Assembly (NCBI GenBank): GCA_002708145.1
Contig: PAOV01000017.1
Coordinates: 51,398 to 93,584 of the forward strand
Direction of reading: 5' to 3'
DNA: 42,187 nucleotides
Origin: Chloroflexota bacterium
GTDB taxonomy: Bacteria; Chloroflexota; Dehalococcoidia; Lucifugimonadales; Lucifugimonadaceae
Part shown: positions 38,093-42,187 of the stretch, in pieces
Numbering within the stretch: position 1 is the first letter of the stretch
How the letters are laid out: each line of letters opens with the position of its first letter
The notes under the pieces: model-generated
Told to the model about the DNA's origin: nothing
The model's database searches: none
What the model saw: only the letters and a program-made list of their open reading frames with translations
Position numbers and translations under genes: made by a program

Positions 38093-38512
38093 TTGCCTAC
38101 TGTAAATCAATTGGTAAGAAAATCTAGAAAGCAAAAAAGGAGAAAGCCTAAAACTCCTGCTATGCGTTATGTATTTAACTCTTTCTTGAGTAAGCAAATT
38201 GAAAACAAAAAAGGAAGCCCTCAGAAAAGAGGAGTTTGTTTGCAGGTGAGGACAGTTACTCCTAAAAAACCTAATTCAGCACTAAGAAAAGTTGCAAGAG
38301 TTAGATTAAGTAATGGCATGGAAGTTACTGCATATATACCTGGCGAAGGGCATAATCTTCAGGAGCACTCAGTTGTTCTTATAAGAGGTGGTAAAGTCCC
38401 AGATCTGCCAGGAGTTCGTTATCACGTAGTTAGAGGTGCCTTAGATACTTCGGGGGTTGAAGACAGGAAGCGTGGTAGGAGTAAGTATGGCACGAGTAAA
38501 GGTAAAAGTTAG
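38093..38512 (+). CDS. rpsL: 30S ribosomal protein S12
   Basis: The start codon is TTG after [14 protein letters not shown]...PQKRGVC...[56 protein letters not shown] matches S12. Confidence 0.97.
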   Translation: MPTVNQLVRKSRKQKRRKPKTPAMRYVFNSFLSKQIENKKGSPQKRGVCLQVRTVTPKKPNSALRKVARVRLSNGMEVTAYIPGEGHNLQEHSVVLIRGGKVPDLPGVRYHVVRGALDTSGVEDRKRGRSKYGTSKGKS

Positions 38513-38560
38513 TTGAGTAAATTTATTAATATAAAATTCTATTTCAGGTTAAGTAATTAA

Positions 38561-39031
38561 ATGGCAAGGCGAAGACAAGCAAAAAAAAGAGATATACTTC
38601 CAGATTCTCAATATGGAAGTATTAGTTTGTCAAGGTTTATTAACAGATTAATGATCGGTGGGAAAAAATCTATTGCTCAAAAGGCTATGTATGATTCTTT
38701 GGGTCGATTAGAGAAGCAAGTTGGTAAGCCAGCAATTGAAATTTTTGATCAAGCCATAAAAAATGCTATGCCAGCCCTTGAAGTAAAGCCAAGAAGAGTT
38801 GGAGGGGCAACATATCAAGTTCCAGTGGAAGTCAGGCCAGATAGGCGAAACGCTCTTGCTCAAAGATGGATTATTTCTGCTGCTAGGTCAAGGTCTGGTG
38901 CTACTATAGCTGACAGATTGTATGAAGAGTTACTTGAAGCATATAATAATTCTGGCTCAGCTGTTCGAAAAAGAGAAGATTTACATAGAATGGCCGAAGC
39001 CAATAGGGCTTTTGTTCACTATAGGTGGTAA
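38561..39031 (+). CDS. rpsG: 30S ribosomal protein S7
   Basis: The protein is 156 aa: MARRR....R...PD..Y......FIN.LM..GKKS.A......A, VEVKPRRVGGATYQVPVEVR and AFVHYRW. Confidence 0.97.
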   Translation: MARRRQAKKRDILPDSQYGSISLSRFINRLMIGGKKSIAQKAMYDSLGRLEKQVGKPAIEIFDQAIKNAMPALEVKPRRVGGATYQVPVEVRPDRRNALAQRWIISAARSRSGATIADRLYEELLEAYNNSGSAVRKREDLHRMAEANRAFVHYRW

Positions 39032-39041
39032 TTAGAAAATT

Positions 39042-41117
39042 ATGTCAGATAATGTTGATTTAAATAAAGTTAGGAATATAGGTTTTATAGCCCATATTGA
39101 TGCTGGTAAAACCACTGTAACAGAGAGGGTACTTTTTTTCACAGGTGAGACGTACAAGATTGGTAATATTGATGAAGGTACAACCGTCATGGATTTTATG
39201 TCCCTTGAAAGAGAAAGAGGGATTACTATAGGTTCTGCGGCTACTAACGCAAAATGGGATGGGCATATTGTAAATATCATTGATACTCCTGGGCACGTTG
39301 ATTTCACAGCTGAGGTTGAGAGAAGCCTAAGAGTTCTAGATGGAGGAGTTGTTGTACTCGAATCAGTATCAGGAGTTCAACCTCAATCAGAAACTGTATG
39401 GAGGCAGGCTGATACTTACAAAGTTCCCCGGTTAATATTTGTAAACAAAATGGATAGACTTGGTGCGAACTTTGATTTTGCTGTTCAAACTGTTCATGAT
39501 CGATTGGGAGCTAATGCTGTACCTATACAATTACCTATTGGAGCAGAGTCAGAATTCAATGGGTTGATTGATTTGGTAGAAGAAAAAGCGTATATTTATG
39601 AGTCTGCGGAGGCTATTGAGCATAAAATTGTTGAAGTTCCAGATCAGTATAAAGAAGCTGTAGAATCTGCAAGAAATCATTTGATAGAAAAAATTGCTGA
39701 AACTGATGATGATTTAATGATGAAATTTTTAGAAGAAGAAGAGATATCAGTTGAAGAAATTAAAAAATCTCTAAGGCAAGCAACAATTGATTTGAAAATT
39801 TTCCCTGTATGTGTAGGTTCAGCTCTTAGGCATAGAGGGGTTCACCCATTGCTTGATGCTATCGTGCAATATTTACCTTCACCAAACGATGTTCCTGCTA
39901 TTGAGGGAGTTGATCCTTCAGATGAATCAAAGAGTCTCCAGCGAAAGCCATCTGTAGATGATCCTATGACAGCTTTGGCTTTTAAGGTGGTCACTGATCA
40001 GCACGTAGGTCGTTTAGTATATTTAAGGGTTTATTCTGGACAAATAGAATCTGGTACAACTGTATATAATTCTGCAACTCGCTCAAGAGAAAGAGTTGGA
40101 AGGCTGATGGTTATGCATGCAGATTCTAGAGAAGAAAAACAGTCAGCGGGTCCTGGTGAAATTGTTGCCGCTATTGGATTGAAATCGACTGTTACTGGTC
40201 AAACTCTATGTCCTCAAGATCAACAAATTTCGCTTGAACAAATTTCTTTTCCCGACCCAGTTTTATCGGTTGCAGTGGAGCCAAAAACTAAATCGGATCA
40301 AGAAAAAATGTCTAATGCGTTAGTTCGCTTAGCAGATGAAGATCCTACCTTAGAAGTAAAAAGTGACCAGGAAAGTGGTCAGGTTATTTTAGCAGGAATG
40401 GGTGAATTGCATCTAGATGTAATTGTGGAAAGAATGCGGAGAGAATTTAACGTTGATGCAACTGTTGGTGCTCCAAGGGTTGCGTACAGAGAGACTATAA
40501 CAAAAGAAGCAGTAGCTCAAGGAAAACTTGTAAGGCAATCGGGTGGTAGGGGGCAGTATGGCGACTGCACTCTTAGACTTGAGCCGCTTAATGCTGGAGA
40601 TGGTTTGCAATTTGAATCAGAAATCACTGGTTCTACATTGCCAAGAGAATATTTCAAGCCTATTGAACAAGGATTTATGGAGGCTGCAAAGTCTGGAGTC
40701 ATAGCTGGATATCCTTCAGTAGATATTAAAGCAGTTTTAGTTGATGGTTCGCATCATGATGTCGATTCATCAGAAATGGCTTTTCAAGTCGCTGCATCAA
40801 TGGCGTTCAAGGCAGCAATGCAAAAAGGTAAACCTTCATTACTAGAACCCATAATGAAAATAGAAGTAGTCACTCCATCAGAATTTTTGGGAGATGTTCT
40901 TGGAGATCTTAATTCTAGGCGATCTCAAGTTCAAAATATGGATGCAAGAGGTGATGTTCAAGTTGTGAATGCGTTTATACCGCTTGCCGAAACCTTTCAA
41001 TATGCTACACACGTAAGGTCGTTAACAACAGGAAGGGCAAGCTTTTCTATGCAATTAGATCATTATGCAGCTGTACCAAAAAGTGTTACAGAAAAAATTT
41101 CAGGATCTGGGGGATAG
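39042..41117 (+). CDS. fusA: Elongation factor G
   Basis: The protein is 691 aa with GTPase motifs [17 protein letters not shown] and NKMD. Domains II-V are conserved. Confidence 0.97.
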   Translation: MSDNVDLNKVRNIGFIAHIDAGKTTVTERVLFFTGETYKIGNIDEGTTVMDFMSLERERGITIGSAATNAKWDGHIVNIIDTPGHVDFTAEVERSLRVLDGGVVVLESVSGVQPQSETVWRQADTYKVPRLIFVNKMDRLGANFDFAVQTVHDRLGANAVPIQLPIGAESEFNGLIDLVEEKAYIYESAEAIEHKIVEVPDQYKEAVESARNHLIEKIAETDDDLMMKFLEEEEISVEEIKKSLRQATIDLKIFPVCVGSALRHRGVHPLLDAIVQYLPSPNDVPAIEGVDPSDESKSLQRKPSVDDPMTALAFKVVTDQHVGRLVYLRVYSGQIESGTTVYNSATRSRERVGRLMVMHADSREEKQSAGPGEIVAAIGLKSTVTGQTLCPQDQQISLEQISFPDPVLSVAVEPKTKSDQEKMSNALVRLADEDPTLEVKSDQESGQVILAGMGELHLDVIVERMRREFNVDATVGAPRVAYRETITKEAVAQGKLVRQSGGRGQYGDCTLRLEPLNAGDGLQFESEITGSTLPREYFKPIEQGFMEAAKSGVIAGYPSVDIKAVLVDGSHHDVDSSEMAFQVAASMAFKAAMQKGKPSLLEPIMKIEVVTPSEFLGDVLGDLNSRRSQVQNMDARGDVQVVNAFIPLAETFQYATHVRSLTTGRASFSMQLDHYAAVPKSVTEKISGSGG

Positions 41118-41118
41118 A

Positions 41119-41427
41119 ATGGCAGACCAAAAAATAAGAATAGTTCTAAAGGCGTTTGATCACAGAGTTCTTGATTTATCTGCTCAACAGATAATGGAAA
41201 CTGCAGAAAGAACTGGTGCTCGTACCGCAGGGCCTATTCCAATGCCTACTAATAATAAAAAATTTACTGTTATAAGAGGTCCTCATGTTCACAAAGATGG
41301 AAGAGAATATTTTGAATTGAGGATTCATAAAAGATTGATAGAAATTCTTGCTCCTAGTTCAAAAACTATGGATTCACTTACGAGATTAAATATGCCGGCT
41401 GGTGTAGATATAGCTATTAAGTTATAG
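41119..41427 (+). CDS. rpsJ: 30S ribosomal protein S10
   Basis: I trimmed the start to ATG 41119 ([19 protein letters not shown]...), one nucleotide after the fusA stop. The upstream part of the track ORF overlaps fusA. The protein is 102 aa. Confidence 0.96.
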   Translation: MADQKIRIVLKAFDHRVLDLSAQQIMETAERTGARTAGPIPMPTNNKKFTVIRGPHVHKDGREYFELRIHKRLIEILAPSSKTMDSLTRLNMPAGVDIAIKL

Positions 41428-41446
41428 ATAGGGATATTGATTGAAA

Positions 41447-42187
41447 ATGATTATAAATGGACTTTTAGGTAAAAAAATAGGAATGACAACTTTTTTTCAT
41501 AAAGATGGTAAATCTGAGGCTGCTACTGCAATAAAGCTAGGACCATGTACAGTTACTCAAGTCAAGACATCCCAGAGGGATGGTTATGATGCTGTTCAGA
41601 TTGGATTTGAAGAATCCAAAAATCTAAATAAACCAGACTTAGGACATCAATCAAGAGCAGAAGGTAATTTTAGATTTCTTCAAGAGTTTACTGTTGATAA
41701 TTTAGATGAATTTCAGGTTGGTCAAAAACTAGATATGGGAATTTTTGAAATTGGTGAGCCTGTAAAGGTCATAGGGGACTCAAAAGGTAGAGGTTTTTCT
41801 GGTGTTGTCAGAAGGTATAATTTTAGAGGTGGGCCAAAGACTCATGGTCAGTCTGATAGGCATAGAGCTCCAGGATCAATAGGTGCGGGGTCATCCCCCG
41901 GTAGAGTTTGGCCTGGAACGCGAATGTCTGGTAGGTATGGTGGCGAACGATTTACGATTCGCGGAATTAATGTATTGGCGAAAGATGAAGAGAATAATAT
42001 TATATTTATTAGTGGTCCAGTACCTGGGTCTGAAAATACTCTGATTAGAGTTGAAAAAAATATCAAAGGCAAGTCTAGGCCAGTTGAAGCATATTACGAA
42101 CATGAAGAGACTCCAAAAGCAGAAGAGACTCCAAAAGCAGAAGAGACTCCAAAAGCAGAAGAGACTCCAAAAGCAGAAGAGACTCCA
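41447..42187 (+). CDS. rplC: 50S ribosomal protein L3 with a repeat-containing C-terminal extension. Partial: it runs off the right edge of the window.
   Basis: This frame is open to the window end and is not in the track. My translation reads MIINGLLGKKIGMTTFF...FSGVVRRYNFRGGPKTHGQSDRHRAPGSIGAGSSPGRVWPG.RMSGRYGGERFT....PVPGSENTLIRV, then SRPVEAYYEHE(ETPKAE)n. An in-frame TTG at 41441 is an alternative start. Confidence 0.93.
   Translation, partial: MIINGLLGKKIGMTTFFHKDGKSEAATAIKLGPCTVTQVKTSQRDGYDAVQIGFEESKNLNKPDLGHQSRAEGNFRFLQEFTVDNLDEFQVGQKLDMGIFEIGEPVKVIGDSKGRGFSGVVRRYNFRGGPKTHGQSDRHRAPGSIGAGSSPGRVWPGTRMSGRYGGERFTIRGINVLAKDEENNIIFISGPVPGSENTLIRVEKNIKGKSRPVEAYYEHEETPKAEETPKAEETPKAEETPKAEETP
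42104..42187. repeat. Perfect 18-bp tandem repeat (gaagagactccaaaagca, 4 copies plus 12 nt) reaching the window edge, in-frame in the rplC tail
   Basis: Read directly. Identical units lie at 42104-42121, 42122-42139, 42140-42157 and 42158-42175, with a partial unit to 42187. They encode EETPKA repeats. Confidence 0.95.

Noticed and set aside
1-42187. A defence island, prophage, integrative element or toxin-antitoxin pair.
   Set aside because: No integrase, recombinase, nuclease/helicase defence hallmarks, small paired ORFs, tRNA integration sites or compositional breaks were seen. Every gap longer than about 60 nt is a divergent promoter region between housekeeping genes.

Overview
This window is AT-rich (about one-third G+C by eye) and extremely gene-dense. 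I call 38 protein-coding genes and find no rRNA, tRNA, CRISPR array, transposase, integrase, phage gene or recognisable defence gene. The content is core housekeeping. Left to right: a partial Zn-alcohol dehydrogenase; a small Cys4+HTH protein; phoU-pstB; rlmN; a SelA-like PLP enzyme; a 968-aa FAD/Fe-S oxidoreductase; TerC; an N-terminally extended GreA; the rpmH-rnpA-yidD-(beta-propeller lipoprotein)-yidC-jag cluster; a PfkB kinase; a membrane thioredoxin-like protein; a UbiA prenyltransferase; tlyA; purF-purM-purH; a GT2 glycosyltransferase; a nicotinate phosphoribosyltransferase-like gene; tilS; a CorC/CNNM transporter; recA; then a co-directional array of response regulator-glnA-gltB-gltD-nadE-htrA; and the start of the str/S10 ribosomal cluster (rpsL-rpsG-fusA-rpsJ-rplC). 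Four traits suggest a streamlined monoderm-type (Terrabacteria-like, possibly Chloroflexota-like) marine bacterium, but this placement is only a guess: a short YidC lacking the large periplasmic domain, a Bacillus-type insertion in S12, GAAC-N4-GTTC operator-like boxes, and frequent TTG/GTG starts. I see no clear novel multi-gene system. The most interesting leads are: (1) a perfect GAAC-N4-GTTC palindrome inside the promoter of the Cys4+HTH protein, with a near-copy in the same register at the recA promoter; (2) an OmpR-type regulator with a degenerate, apparently non-phosphorylatable receiver domain heading the glnA-gltBD-nadE array; (3) perfect in-frame tandem repeats that extend ribosomal protein L3 and the HtrA tether; (4) a 107-nt out-of-frame yidC/jag overlap; and (5) overlapping 3-prime ends at every convergent gene junction.
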